Positions 1-9,945 are shown, counted from the stretch's first letter. The stretch is DNA of 64,000 nucleotides from Thermoprotei archaeon (GCA_038881895.1 JAVZOV010000002.1:352208-416207); one strand, 5' to 3'. Notes: a model not told the origin generated them from the sequence alone. Made by a program: numbers and translations.

Positions 1-100
1 ATGCTAATATTTTGCTAACTTCCTTTATTAACTCAGGCGTAGTCATTAATCATTTTTATTTATCTCAGGTATTTAAATATTTAAACGTGAATAGAAAAAT

Positions 101-601
101 TCACAAGTCCTCTTTCTCTGTGAATGCAGGACCTTTAACTTTTACCATATCACCATAACTAGCCACAGGTTTTGCGTTAAATTTTCTTAGTAAGTTGAGT
201 ACTTGAACGTTTTCTCTGAGCACATATGCATAAAGCCATTTTACACCTCTCTTCTGCGTTTCATTGATAAGTATACTTATCAGCTTTTTACCTAAACCTT
301 TATTCCTCCAATCTTGACGTATAACAACGCCCACCTCTGCTTCTTCGTTAAATATATGCGCATCGGCGATACCAATAATATTGCCTTGTTTATCATGGGC
401 AAGTAAGCACACCGTATTCTTATCACACGCAATTCTTTGCGCAAAATCATCAAAAAATTTTACAAAGTGTCCAAACCGCATGTATACACTTTCATAATCA
501 AGCTGGCTCAAGAATTCAATAATCTTTTTAATATCTGAAACAGAAACAGTGCGAATAGAAACCTTTGAGCCATCTTTTAAAACAACTTCATATCTATCCA
601 T
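101..601 (-). CDS. GNAT-family N-acetyltransferase
   Basis: 166-aa ORF with acetyl-CoA-binding motif A RQDWRNKGLGKKL (Q/R-x-x-G-x-G/A). Confidence 0.7.
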   Translation of the reverse strand: MDRYEVVLKDGSKVSIRTVSVSDIKKIIEFLSQLDYESVYMRFGHFVKFFDDFAQRIACDKNTVCLLAHDKQGNIIGIADAHIFNEEAEVGVVIRQDWRNKGLGKKLISILINETQKRGVKWLYAYVLRENVQVLNLLRKFNAKPVASYGDMVKVKGPAFTEKEDL

Positions 602-639
602 TTTATATCGTATGTATTATGCTATTTTTATTTTTAAAC

Positions 640-1250
640 TTAATCCTTATAAAGATGGGCTCTAAATTATGTGGTTTTTGATGGACGTACGTAGCTTTTC
701 CCTCTCGATTTTTTCATCGAGGCGCTTAGAAAACTAGAATTTTTGTTTTGTGATAAATAGACAACGCTTAAACATGCCAAATCTTAGGAAAACAGGAGGC
801 ACTCAAGGATTATCTACAATAGGAACTTGAATGCATACGTACATAGCTTACAGAATAATAAGATCTACGGGATGGAAGAACTGAAGAGTTCTTCAAACCA
901 GTAGATAAAGAATAGTTGACACTCTCCACGGCTAAAGCCGGGAGATTCTCGGTTCCTCAGGCTTAAGCCTTCATCGTACTGAGTTCTGGGCTGTGTCAAG
1001 GCAGCCCCTGCCATGAGCATGTAATTCATAGCCCGCTTGCTGGAATCATCCCCCACCAGTCTTGGATGGAAGCCTTATTCCAGCTTTCGGACGTCCCCAC
1101 CATCTCCTTGAGCGGGTCGCTCGCATGTGGATGAATGGAGGGATATAAACTTAACGGCAATTCATCTCCACGACTGAAGTCGGAAGCCTTCTCGCCGAAA
1201 GAATAGGTAAAAAGCTTACTGAATACTGAAAACCTTCTTAGTCATGAGGT
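640..1250. mobile_element. Degenerate IS-derived patch: tnpB 3'-end scar (657-729) plus a GC-rich module with three spaced copies of a TCATCCCCAC...GGAAGCCTT motif
   Basis: 657-729 resembles 47538-47610 by eye. 971-990 is an exact 20-nt inverted match to 16961-16980. Motif copies lie at 921-950, 1047-1080 and 1160-1193. The region is visibly GC-richer than its flanks. Confidence 0.5.
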
Positions 1251-1259
1251 GGCTCATTT

Positions 1260-2177
1260 TCATTCAGATTTCTTTGAAATACGATCGAGATAATTATATA
1301 CTCCCATGACTGTTATTGCTATCGAACCTATAGCATAAATTGGTGTTCTCTTATTAGTAACCTCTTTACTAACTTCAGTTGATAAGAAAGATACTATATC
1401 ATTCTGTGTTGATCCTTGTGAACGCATTTCACTAATCAATCTTAACCATTCGTTCATCCTGTCCCTATTTTTCTTAAATATATGTTCATCGTTCTCAATA
1501 ACACCAAAATGTGGTATCAATATAAGTTTTGGTTTAAAGGATTCTAACACATCAATGCTCTTTAAAGCTAGGTTAAGGTCAAAACTCGGAGGGGGCATTG
1601 TAGGTATTAAGGCTGGGAAATGAGGATATATAATGCCTAATGCATCACCTGAAAACAGAATTTTTCTTGTTTCATCAACTACAGATATATGATGTGGCGC
1701 ATGACCTGGTGTATAAATTAATCGCAGTTCAGTATTGTTTCCTAAATTTAAAAATAATTCATCTTTTACTGCTTCTACACGATCTTGTTCAACAGGTTCT
1801 GGAGTTCCGTATATTTTCATTAATTCTTCGCCATATACTGAGGTAGCGCTTTGTATTAACTTTGAAGGATCTATTATATGCCTTACAGCACGTTCATGAG
1901 CTATGATTTTAGCATTTTTCATATGTTTCGCAAGTGCTCCGACCGCTCCAGCATGATCTAAATGAACATGAGTGGGTATTATATAATCGACACACTTGAG
2001 GTCTATATTAAGCATCTGAAGACTCTTTATAACATTAATATAAGATGATGCGTATCCAACATCAATTAACGCAATCTTAGACCCTTTTACTAAATAAGAT
2101 GCAATAGTTTTCTCAAAATTTGCTCCTAAAGTATCTATTAAATAAACATTCTCAACTACTTTAGATACTAATGACAT
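1260..2177 (-). CDS. MBL-fold metallo-hydrolase
   Basis: 305 aa with metallo-beta-lactamase motif THVHLDHAG (HxHxDH) plus downstream His/Asp ligand positions. Confidence 0.75.
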   Translation of the reverse strand: MSLVSKVVENVYLIDTLGANFEKTIASYLVKGSKIALIDVGYASSYINVIKSLQMLNIDLKCVDYIIPTHVHLDHAGAVGALAKHMKNAKIIAHERAVRHIIDPSKLIQSATSVYGEELMKIYGTPEPVEQDRVEAVKDELFLNLGNNTELRLIYTPGHAPHHISVVDETRKILFSGDALGIIYPHFPALIPTMPPPSFDLNLALKSIDVLESFKPKLILIPHFGVIENDEHIFKKNRDRMNEWLRLISEMRSQGSTQNDIVSFLSTEVSKEVTNKRTPIYAIGSIAITVMGVYNYLDRISKKSE

Positions 2178-2318
2178 TTTTATTCTAGTATTAGGTAATA
2201 AAGCAAAATTATAAAGTTTTCACATATCTTAAGTCTTTAAAACTCAAAGTGTTCATGCAATACTTTGTTAAAAGATATATAGAAGCCTTTCATTTCTTCT
2301 CTGTTGAGGGGTTGAGTT

Positions 2319-3320
2319 GTGGGCCGAAGGATTCATGAACCGCGGAGGGGGTCGCACGGATTTTATCCTAGAGTCAGGGCTAGCTCTCTTATACCTAGAA
2401 TTAGAACGTGGCCTAAAGTAATTGGATCCCCCCGTTTATTAGGTTTTCCAGTTTATAAGGTTGGTATGGGTTATGTTATTAAAACCGAAACTTATCAAAT
2501 GAGCCCTTATCATGGCAGAGATATTGCTAAACCTGTCACATTTCTCGAAGCACCACCGATATTTATTGCAGGAATTCGTGTATATGGAGAGAATAACGGG
2601 GCACTCAGGTCACTAACAGAAGTTTATGCAGAAAAACTTCCAGATAAACTATTTAGATTGATCAGTAGAAGAAAGAAAGAGACAAATACCGATGAAAAAA
2701 TAAAAGAATTATATGAGAATATTGACAAGATTAAAGAGATACGAGTAATAGCAATAACACAACCATACAAAACAACAATTGGTAAAAAAACACCAGAATT
2801 ACTAGAAATCGGAGTAAGCGGAGGAAATAACATTAAAGAACAATTAGATTTTATAAAGAATCTCCTAGGAAAAGAGATTAATATAAAAGATGTGTTCAGT
2901 AGTGGGCAGTTAGTAGATATTATTGGTGTCACAAAAGGTAAAGGCTTTCAAGGTGTTATAAAAAGATTTGGAGTGAAAGAATTGATCAAGTGGCATAAAC
3001 ACCGTAAAGGTTCTAGAAAAGTAGGAGCAATAAGTCCTCAGCATCCCTCAATGGTTCGCACAGTGCCTAGACCCGGACAAATGGGATTTCATAGAAGAAC
3101 AGAATACAACAAACGTATTATAGAGATCGATAATGATCCTTCAAAGGTTAATCCATCATCAGGATTTAAATATTATGGCATTATAAGAAATAGTTACGTA
3201 ATAATTGAAGGTAGCACACCTGGACCAGCAAAACGTATACTTATGTTAAGATACCCAGTAAGATCAAAACCAAGCTTATTGCAAATTCCACAAAAAGTAG
3301 TTCAAATCATCGGAGGATGA
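2319..3320 (+). CDS. rpl3: 50S ribosomal protein uL3
   Basis: 333 aa with KGKGFQGVIKRFG and PGQMGFHRRTEYNKRI. First gene of the conserved L3-L4-L23-L2 order. GTG start follows GAGGGG. Confidence 0.93.
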   Translation: MGRRIHEPRRGSHGFYPRVRASSLIPRIRTWPKVIGSPRLLGFPVYKVGMGYVIKTETYQMSPYHGRDIAKPVTFLEAPPIFIAGIRVYGENNGALRSLTEVYAEKLPDKLFRLISRRKKETNTDEKIKELYENIDKIKEIRVIAITQPYKTTIGKKTPELLEIGVSGGNNIKEQLDFIKNLLGKEINIKDVFSSGQLVDIIGVTKGKGFQGVIKRFGVKELIKWHKHRKGSRKVGAISPQHPSMVRTVPRPGQMGFHRRTEYNKRIIEIDNDPSKVNPSSGFKYYGIIRNSYVIIEGSTPGPAKRILMLRYPVRSKPSLLQIPQKVVQIIGG

Positions 3321-3325
3321 AATGA

Positions 3326-4147
3326 ATGTCGACGTCAAGAGTAAAAGTTTTATCATTAAAGGGAGACACAATTGAGGAACTTAAAACAATACCAGAAGTC
3401 TTCACAATACCATATAGGCCAGACTTAATAAAAAGAGCTTTCCTTTCTGCATTAACGGCTTCTAGACAAGCACAAGGAAGAGATTCAATGGCTGGTAAAA
3501 GAACGACAGCTGAAAGTTGGGGTGTTGGGTATGGTATAGCCAGGGTTCCGAGAGTTAAAGGTAGTGGATACCCCGAGGCGAACGCAGGAGCCTTTGCTCC
3601 AATGACTGTTGGAGGATATAGAACAAAGGGTCCAAAAGTTGAAAAAGTAATTAGAGAACGAATCAATAAAAAGGAAAGACGCTTAGCTATAGCTTCAGCC
3701 ATTGCAGCCACAGCAGAACTTAAAATCGTAGAATCACGGGGTCACATAATACCAAGAAACATTGAATTACCAATAGTGATAGATAATGACATAGAAAATA
3801 TTAGTAAAACTTCTGAGTTAGTCAACGTCCTTAAGACTCTTAACTTGTACGGTGATGTAAGCAGAGCTAAGGATGGAGTTAAAACCAGAGCAGGTAAAGG
3901 TAAAATGAGAGGAAGACGGTATAAAAAAAGAAAAAGCCTCCTGATAGTCGTTAATAAAAGTGAAAATATCATGAAAGCAGCACGAAATCTACCCGGGGTC
4001 GATGTAGTGAATGTTAGAAGATTAAGCATACTTGATCTAGCTCCTGGCGGCAGAGCTGGCCGCCTTACAATTTGGAGTAAATCTGCATTTAATGAACTCA
4101 TGAACTTCAAACTACAACATGCTTACATTGGATTGGGGGTGTCATAA
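3326..4147 (+). CDS. rpl4: 50S ribosomal protein uL4
   Basis: 273 aa with GRDSMAGKRTTAESWGVGYGIARVPRVKG; position after rpl3. Confidence 0.92.
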   Translation: MSTSRVKVLSLKGDTIEELKTIPEVFTIPYRPDLIKRAFLSALTASRQAQGRDSMAGKRTTAESWGVGYGIARVPRVKGSGYPEANAGAFAPMTVGGYRTKGPKVEKVIRERINKKERRLAIASAIAATAELKIVESRGHIIPRNIELPIVIDNDIENISKTSELVNVLKTLNLYGDVSRAKDGVKTRAGKGKMRGRRYKKRKSLLIVVNKSENIMKAARNLPGVDVVNVRRLSILDLAPGGRAGRLTIWSKSAFNELMNFKLQHAYIGLGVS

Positions 4148-4399
4148 ATGGGAGTAATACTTTATCCGGTTCTTACTGAAGCCGCAATAGCTAAACTTGA
4201 AAAAGAAAACAGGTTCACATTTGTAGTAGATCTAAAAGCAAATAAGACACAAATAAAAGAAGAAGTCGAGAAACTATATGGTGTAAAAGTTGAAAATGTA
4301 AAGACATTAATAACACCACGGGGAATCAAAAAAGCTTACGTAAGATTATCAGAGGAATATTCAGCCATAGAATTAGCTACGAAATTAGGACTCTTATAA
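4148..4399 (+). CDS. rpl23: 50S ribosomal protein uL23
   Basis: 83 aa; size, basic composition and position between rpl4 and rpl2. Confidence 0.88.
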   Translation: MGVILYPVLTEAAIAKLEKENRFTFVVDLKANKTQIKEEVEKLYGVKVENVKTLITPRGIKKAYVRLSEEYSAIELATKLGLL

Positions 4400-4409
4400 G
4401 GTGGTAAAA

Positions 4410-5135
4410 ATGGGTAAACGTCTTCTCGCACAAAGAAGAGGAAGAGGAGTTTCACAATGGCGTGCACCAGATTGGAGAAAAATTGCACCAGCACGATATC
4501 CCCAAGACCTAATCAATCTAATAAACAATGGTAAAACAATCATAGCGACAGTTAAAAACTTAATTCCCGAAAGCGGACGAAATACACCATTAGCAGAAAT
4601 CGTCTACAATGATGAAGTGTTCTACGTACCTAGCGTTGAAGGATTATCAAAAGGACAAACAATAATGATAGGTACAGAAGCATCAACATCAGTAGGCAAT
4701 ATAGTACCATTAGGATCTATTAGTGAAGGAACAATAATAAGTAACGTCGAGCGAAGGCCAGGTGATGGAGGTGCAATAGCTAGATCAGCAGGTGCCTATG
4801 CAGTTTTACTCTCACAAACAGAAAAAGGAGCAATAATACAATTTCCATCTGGGAAAACTATGGAACTAAATAAAAACTGCCTAGCAACAATTGGTGTAAT
4901 AGCAGGTGGTGGTAAAACTGAAAAACCAAAACTAAAGGCAGGTGTAAACTACAAAATAATGAGAGTTAATAAGAAGAAGTGGCCAAAAGTAAGAGGAAAA
5001 GCAATGTATGCAGCCTCACACCCACATGGTGGTGGAGCACATCCAACAGGTGGTAGGCCAGTAAAAAAGATTGCCCCGCCAGGCCGGAAAGTCGGATTTT
5101 ACGGATCAAAGAGAACTGGACGAAGAAAAAGGTAG
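4410..5135 (+). CDS. rpl2: 50S ribosomal protein uL2
   Basis: Contains SHPHGGGAHPTGGRPV. ATG 4410 follows AAGGTGG; the track ORF starts at in-frame GTG 4401. Confidence 0.92.
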   Translation: MGKRLLAQRRGRGVSQWRAPDWRKIAPARYPQDLINLINNGKTIIATVKNLIPESGRNTPLAEIVYNDEVFYVPSVEGLSKGQTIMIGTEASTSVGNIVPLGSISEGTIISNVERRPGDGGAIARSAGAYAVLLSQTEKGAIIQFPSGKTMELNKNCLATIGVIAGGGKTEKPKLKAGVNYKIMRVNKKKWPKVRGKAMYAASHPHGGGAHPTGGRPVKKIAPPGRKVGFYGSKRTGRRKR

Positions 5136-5196
5136 AGGTGATCAAATTTCTCCCAAAAACTTTTATTTACCAATTATATATTAAGGGGTGAATAGC

Positions 5197-5592
5197 ATGC
5201 CTAAAGAATTTATGTATAGGGGATACACTATAGAACAACTCCGTAACATGACGATGGATGAGTTAGTCCAAATTTTCCCAGCCAGAATTAGAAGAAGCTT
5301 AAAACGAAATCTTTTGGCAAGAGATGCAGTATTACTAGAAAAAATTAGGAAAGCTACAAGAAGTGATTTAAAAAAGCCTATAAAAACGCACTACAGGGAA
5401 ATGATTATATTACCAGAAATGGTTGGATTAACTATTCACGTGTATAATGGTAAAGAATTTGTGCCTGTAGAAATTAAACCTGAGATGATAGGTCACAGGT
5501 TAGGAGAATTTGTTCATACATGTAAGAAAGTAACGCATGGAGAACCAGGTTTGAGAGCCACTCGGTCATCCATGTACGTACCGCTCAAATAG
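5197..5592 (+). CDS. rps19: 30S ribosomal protein uS19
   Basis: Contains [32 protein letters not shown] 5197 follows GGGGTG; the track ORF starts at GTG 5188. Confidence 0.9.
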   Translation: MPKEFMYRGYTIEQLRNMTMDELVQIFPARIRRSLKRNLLARDAVLLEKIRKATRSDLKKPIKTHYREMIILPEMVGLTIHVYNGKEFVPVEIKPEMIGHRLGEFVHTCKKVTHGEPGLRATRSSMYVPLK

Positions 5593-5601
5593 GTGTTCAT
5601 T

Positions 5602-6066
5602 ATGCCATCGTGGGGGTATTCAATAACAAAACTGGACCCGGAAAGAAGCGCAATAGCCAGTGGTAGAGACATGCCAATTTCGTTTAAAGATGCTGTAGAA
5701 ATATGTAAAAACATTAAAGGACTTGATGTAGAGAGCGCTAAAAAGTTTCTCGAAGATGTAATATCAATGAAAAGAATGGTATCAATAAAGCGTTATAAGA
5801 AGAAACTACCACATCACTCTCTACAAGGATGGTATACAGGACGTTATCCAGTTAAAGCATCAAAATACATTCTGGATGTAGTAAAACAACTTGAAGCAAA
5901 CGCAGAATATAAGGGTTTAGATACTTCGAGATTAAAAATTATTCACGCCGCAGCACAAAAAGGCATGGTAATAAAGAAATACATTCAAAGAGCCTATGGA
6001 CGTTCAACACCATATTTTAGACAAACCGTGCATGTAGAACTGGCAGCCGTTGAGGTGATAAAATAA
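5602..6066 (+). CDS. rpl22: 50S ribosomal protein uL22
   Basis: Size and position after rps19. ATG 5602 follows AGGTG; the track ORF starts at GTG 5593. Confidence 0.88.
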   Translation: MPSWGYSITKLDPERSAIASGRDMPISFKDAVEICKNIKGLDVESAKKFLEDVISMKRMVSIKRYKKKLPHHSLQGWYTGRYPVKASKYILDVVKQLEANAEYKGLDTSRLKIIHAAAQKGMVIKKYIQRAYGRSTPYFRQTVHVELAAVEVIK

Positions 6067-6067
6067 C

Positions 6068-6733
6068 ATGTCGTCAGTAAAAGGTACTACAACAAAAAAG
6101 CAATTTCTTTTAGAATCATCAAAGCGTATGGAGGTTATTCAGTACTTAAAGTCAACATTAAAGCGAGCAAGAATTGGAAACATAGAAATCCAAAGCACAC
6201 CATTAGGATCTATGGTAATTATAGAGGCTGAGCGACCAGCCTTAATAATAGGAAGACATGGTTTAAAAATAAAAGAAATCGCAAAAACCTTAGAGGAAAA
6301 ATTCGGCCTACTGAATCCCCAAATAAACGTTAGTGAAATACAAAATCCAGCATTAAATCCAGCACTTATAGCAGAACACATAGCATCAGCATTGGAACGA
6401 GGTATACACTTTAGACGTGCAGCAAACATAGCACTAAGGCAAATAATGGATGCAGGAGCTAGAGGTGCGGAAATAATTATAACAGGAAAATTAGTTAGCG
6501 AAAGATCGCGTCGTGAAAAATTCAGAGCAGGGGTATTATTAAAAGCTGGACAATACTCCATGGAGGAAGTAAGGACAGCGGTCACATCAGTATTACTTAA
6601 ACCAGGAATTGTTGGAATACAGGTTAACATATTACCTCCCGTTGAATTACCTGAGGACACCCTACGCAAATTCGAGCTTATAGAAGCAAAGGTGGTAAGT
6701 AATGAAAGCTCAGGAGATCAGAAAGCTCAGTGA
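6068..6733 (+). CDS. rps3: 30S ribosomal protein uS3
   Basis: 221 aa with KH-domain segment IIGRHGLKIKEIAK; conserved position. Confidence 0.92.
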   Translation: MSSVKGTTTKKQFLLESSKRMEVIQYLKSTLKRARIGNIEIQSTPLGSMVIIEAERPALIIGRHGLKIKEIAKTLEEKFGLLNPQINVSEIQNPALNPALIAEHIASALERGIHFRRAANIALRQIMDAGARGAEIIITGKLVSERSRREKFRAGVLLKAGQYSMEEVRTAVTSVLLKPGIVGIQVNILPPVELPEDTLRKFELIEAKVVSNESSGDQKAQ

Positions 6734-6983
6734 TGAAGAATTAAACAAGAGACTTAATGAAATATCTGCTGAACTAGTAAAACTTAGAGGATTATACACT
6801 GCAGGAAGACCACCAAAAAATGTAATGTACCTAAGAAGCTTAAGAAAAGATTACGCAAGAATTTTAACAATACTACGGGAACGTCAACTCGGAATAACTA
6901 AAAAAGAAAAAGCCAAAGAAAAACCAAAAGGTAGTACGGAGAAAAAAGAGAAAAAGACTGATAGTGAGGTGAATAAAAATTGA
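6702..6983 (+). CDS. rpl29: 50S ribosomal protein uL29
   Basis: Begins MKAQEIRKLSDEELNKRLNEISAELVKLRG; overlaps the rps3 end as is usual in this operon. Confidence 0.9.
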   Translation: MKAQEIRKLSDEELNKRLNEISAELVKLRGLYTAGRPPKNVMYLRSLRKDYARILTILRERQLGITKKEKAKEKPKGSTEKKEKKTDSEVNKN

Positions 6984-7243
6984 GAATTAAACCAAAAAAT
7001 ATTATTGCTCATGAATTAATAGGTCTTAAAGTCAAAATTTATGATATGCATCATAAATATTTAGGTTCAGGAATCATTATTGATGAAACACGAAACCTTA
7101 TAAAAGTTGTGACTAATAACTCAATAAAGAATTTTTTAAAAAATTCTTGCTTCTTTCATTTTATTCTTCCTGATAAAAAAACCGTTAAAATCAACGGCCA
7201 AGATCTTATTGGTAGACCGGAGGAGAGATTAAAATGGTTGTAG
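6980..7243 (+). CDS. rnp1: RNase P protein component 1 (Rpp29/Pop4 homologue)
   Basis: 87 aa with IGLKVKIYDMHHKYLGSGIIIDETRNLIKV, typical of Rpp29. Archaeal position between rpl29 and rps17. TTG start follows GAGGTGA. Confidence 0.8.
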   Translation: MRIKPKNIIAHELIGLKVKIYDMHHKYLGSGIIIDETRNLIKVVTNNSIKNFLKNSCFFHFILPDKKTVKINGQDLIGRPEERLKWL

Positions 7244-7572
7244 GACCAGGAAAAAAGATCTTTGGAATAGAACCTCCTCCTAATACATGCAATGATCCTA
7301 ATTGTCCATATCATGGATCAATAAAAGTTAGAGGATTAATAACTGAGGGTATCATAGTAAAAACACGAGCGCAAAGGACAGTCGTTGTTGAGCGAGAAGT
7401 AATAAATTACGTGCCCAAATACATGCGTTATATAAGATCAAGAAGTAGAATGCATGCTCATGTCCCAGAATGTATGAACGTAAAAGAAGGGGATAAGGTT
7501 ATCATAGGAGAAACTAGGCCAATAGCTAAAACCGTTTCCTTTGTAGTCTTAAAAAACTTCTCAGTGAGATGA
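7234..7572 (+). CDS. rps17: 30S ribosomal protein uS17
   Basis: 112 aa with the archaeal Cys/His-containing N-terminus and KEGDKVIIGETRPIAKT. Confidence 0.9.
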   Translation: MVVGPGKKIFGIEPPPNTCNDPNCPYHGSIKVRGLITEGIIVKTRAQRTVVVEREVINYVPKYMRYIRSRSRMHAHVPECMNVKEGDKVIIGETRPIAKTVSFVVLKNFSVR

Positions 7573-7635
7573 TAAGTATGCGCACAATTTTATATTCCAG
7601 TTTTATTTCTCATGTTCAGTATATAGGTGAACTAA

Positions 7636-8064
7636 ATGGCTAAAAGAGGAGCAAAGGGTCCAACAGGAATCACGTATAAGCCTAATATAACTAGAGGATT
7701 ACCTGTAGGCTCAATTGTTAACGTAGCCGATAATAGTGGTGTCTATTTAGGATTAATCATATCAGTTAAAGGTATGAAAACTCGACTAAGACGATTACCA
7801 GCAGCAGCTGTAGGTGATGTAGTAAAAATTGCAGCAAAGAAGACTAAACCAGGATTAAAAGGGCAAATCTTTGATGCAGTAATAATAAGACAGCGAAAGT
7901 CATACAGAAGACCAGACGGCACGTGGATACAATTCGAGGATAATGCAGCTGTAATAGTAACACCAGAAGGTGATGTGAAAGGTACTGAAATTAGAGGACC
8001 TGTTGCACGTGAAGCAGCAGAAAGATGGCCTAAAATTGCTGGTCTAGCAACAATGATCATATGA
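7636..8064 (+). CDS. rpl14: 50S ribosomal protein uL14
   Basis: 142 aa with NVADNSG and AVIIRQRK; conserved position. Confidence 0.92.
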   Translation: MAKRGAKGPTGITYKPNITRGLPVGSIVNVADNSGVYLGLIISVKGMKTRLRRLPAAAVGDVVKIAAKKTKPGLKGQIFDAVIIRQRKSYRRPDGTWIQFEDNAAVIVTPEGDVKGTEIRGPVAREAAERWPKIAGLATMII

Positions 8065-8074
8065 GGTGTATCCT

Positions 8075-8470
8075 ATGCAAAGTGTGAAACCTGGAAATCA
8101 GCGAAAATCGATTTTTTCAGCTTCTTTACATAAAAGAAATAAATTGCTTCATGCACACTTAAGTAAAGAACTACGTAATAAATATCGTAGAAGAAGCATT
8201 AGAGTTAGAACAGGTGATAACGTAATTGTAATAAGAGGAGATTCAAAGGGTCATGAAGGAAAAGTCGTTCGTGTAGATGCTGAACGTGGATTTGTGTACA
8301 TAGAAGGACTAACTATGAAAGATTCAAGAGGCAGAACCACATTAAGGCCTATTCATGCATCAAAAGTTATAGTCACAAAATTGGATCTAAGCGATGAGAA
8401 AAGAAGAACCAAATTAGAAGCTTTATCGAAAGTAACAATTAGTAATGTTCAAGCTGGTGAACAACCATGA
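8075..8470 (+). CDS. rpl24: 50S ribosomal protein uL24
   Basis: KOW motif GDNVIVIRGDSKGHEGKV. ATG 8075 follows GAGGTG; the track ORF starts at GTG 8066. Confidence 0.9.
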   Translation: MQSVKPGNQRKSIFSASLHKRNKLLHAHLSKELRNKYRRRSIRVRTGDNVIVIRGDSKGHEGKVVRVDAERGFVYIEGLTMKDSRGRTTLRPIHASKVIVTKLDLSDEKRRTKLEALSKVTISNVQAGEQP

Positions 8471-9222
8471 CAGGTCATTTAAAACGTGAAGCAGCACCAT
8501 TTTACTGGCCGATATTAAGAAAAGAATATACATGGACCATAAGACCATCACCAGGGCCTCATCCATCTAAATTCTCAATACCGCTTCTATTAATAGTACG
8601 CGATATGCTTAAGTATGCTGAGACTTACAAAGAATCAAAAAAGATTATAAAAAGAGGGCTTATTAAAATAGATAGTAAAGTGAGACGTGATGAATCGTTT
8701 CCTGTTGGATTAATGGATATAGTAGAACTTATGCCCACAGGTGAAATATACAGAGTGCTACCTTATTCACGATATCCGTTAACGCTTGTGAAAATACCTG
8801 ACACTGAAAAAGATATAAAAATAGGTAAGGTCATCAACAAACAACGTATAAAACATGGAAAAATACAAATTACATTACATGATGGAAGGAATATCCTTAT
8901 TGACCAGTCTAGCACTGATATTCCTAATACTTATGATTCCTTAGTAATTAAATTATCTACTAACGAAATAATCCAACGCATACCATTAGCACTTGGATCT
9001 TATGGATTGGCTTATGCAGGTAGGTCAGTATCAAAACATGGCAAGATCATAGAAATCAGACACTTAATGCCTAAATATCGTTCAATATCTGTCCTTGATA
9101 TAGGTGATGGTAAATCTCTCTCCGTTGGTATAAAGAATTTAATTCTTATTGGTATCGATTCACCTATTATAAAATTACCAAAAGGTGATTCAGATGTCGT
9201 TACAGGCAAATCCCATGAATAG
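8467..9222 (+). CDS. rps4e: 30S ribosomal protein eS4
   Basis: 251 aa beginning MTGHLKREAAPFYWPI; position after rpl24. Confidence 0.92.
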   Translation: MTGHLKREAAPFYWPILRKEYTWTIRPSPGPHPSKFSIPLLLIVRDMLKYAETYKESKKIIKRGLIKIDSKVRRDESFPVGLMDIVELMPTGEIYRVLPYSRYPLTLVKIPDTEKDIKIGKVINKQRIKHGKIQITLHDGRNILIDQSSTDIPNTYDSLVIKLSTNEIIQRIPLALGSYGLAYAGRSVSKHGKIIEIRHLMPKYRSISVLDIGDGKSLSVGIKNLILIGIDSPIIKLPKGDSDVVTGKSHE

Positions 9223-9712
9223 GGTTAGACTAGGAGCAGTTACTATAAATATAGCAGTTGGTGAATCAGGCGAAAGATTATTGAAAGCAACAAAGGTTTT
9301 AGAGGAATTAACAGGTCAAAAACCAGCATTAAGGCCCGCAAAGAAAACAATAAAAGGTTTTGGTATTAGGAAAGGTGAACCAATAGCATGTATAGTAACA
9401 TTGAGAGGACAACGTGCTAAAGAATTTCTTGATAAGACACTCAACGTAATAAATAGAAAAATACCACTTTCTAGTTTTTCAAAAACAGGAGTTTTTTCAT
9501 TTGGTATTAAAGAACACATAGAAATACCAGACGCAAAATATAATCCTGCATTAGGAATTTTCGGCATGAATGTTTGTGTTACCCTTGAGAAACCAGGTTA
9601 TAGGGTCAGTAAAAGAAGACGTGCTAAATCAAAAGTTGGTAGAAAACAACGTGTGACACCAGAAGAGGCTGCATCATTCATGAAAGAAAATTTTTCTGTT
9701 GAGATTATTTAA
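9194..9712 (+). CDS. rpl5: 50S ribosomal protein uL5
   Basis: uL5-like sequence. ATG 9194 follows AGGTGA; the track ORF starts at GTG 9185. Confidence 0.9.
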   Translation: MSLQANPMNRVRLGAVTINIAVGESGERLLKATKVLEELTGQKPALRPAKKTIKGFGIRKGEPIACIVTLRGQRAKEFLDKTLNVINRKIPLSSFSKTGVFSFGIKEHIEIPDAKYNPALGIFGMNVCVTLEKPGYRVSKRRRAKSKVGRKQRVTPEEAASFMKENFSVEII

Positions 9713-9723
9713 GGTGATTACTA

Positions 9724-9888
9724 ATGGGTAAATACCGTCCTCCTAAGGTTAAAAAATTCGGGAAGGGTTCACGACAATGTAAGATTTGTGGTACTCATGA
9801 GGCGGTAATACAGAAATACGGATTAATGATCTGCAGACGCTGCTTTAGGGAAGTAGCTCCACTCATGGGTTTCAAGAAATACGAGTAA
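9724..9888 (+). CDS. rps14: 30S ribosomal protein uS14 (zinc-binding type)
   Basis: 54-codon ORF absent from the track (below its size cut-off): MGKYRPPKVKKFGKGSRQCKICGTHEAVIQKYGLMICRRCFREVAPLMGFKKYE with CxxC...CxxC. Canonical slot between rpl5 and rps8. Confidence 0.9.
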   Translation: MGKYRPPKVKKFGKGSRQCKICGTHEAVIQKYGLMICRRCFREVAPLMGFKKYE

Positions 9889-9945
9889 CTAAGCTTTATA
9901 AGTAACCATGTCCTCATATCATAAGAATAAATCTAGGTGTTCACA

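Noticed and set aside
1-46. Possible 5' end of a minus-strand gene running off the window (ATG at 46: MTTPELIKEVSKILA...), with a TATA-like TTTAAATATTTAAAT about 25 nt upstream
   Set aside because: Only 15 codons are visible, which is too little to support a call.
865-1056. 63-aa ORF (MGDDSSKRAMNYMLMAGAALTQPRTQYDEGLSLRNRESPGFSRGEC...)
   Set aside because: It lies in the GC-rich IS-derived module. The paralogous sequence at 16.9 kb does not keep the reading frame open, so the similarity is at DNA/RNA level and this is not a protein gene.
640-1250. GC-rich patches (also 16.8-17.0 kb and 54.0-54.2 kb) considered as SRP RNA or RNase P RNA genes
   Set aside because: I found none of the universal SRP helix-8 or RNase P CR-I/CR-V consensus strings. 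The patches are multi-copy and linked to IS ends, which does not fit single-copy housekeeping RNAs.
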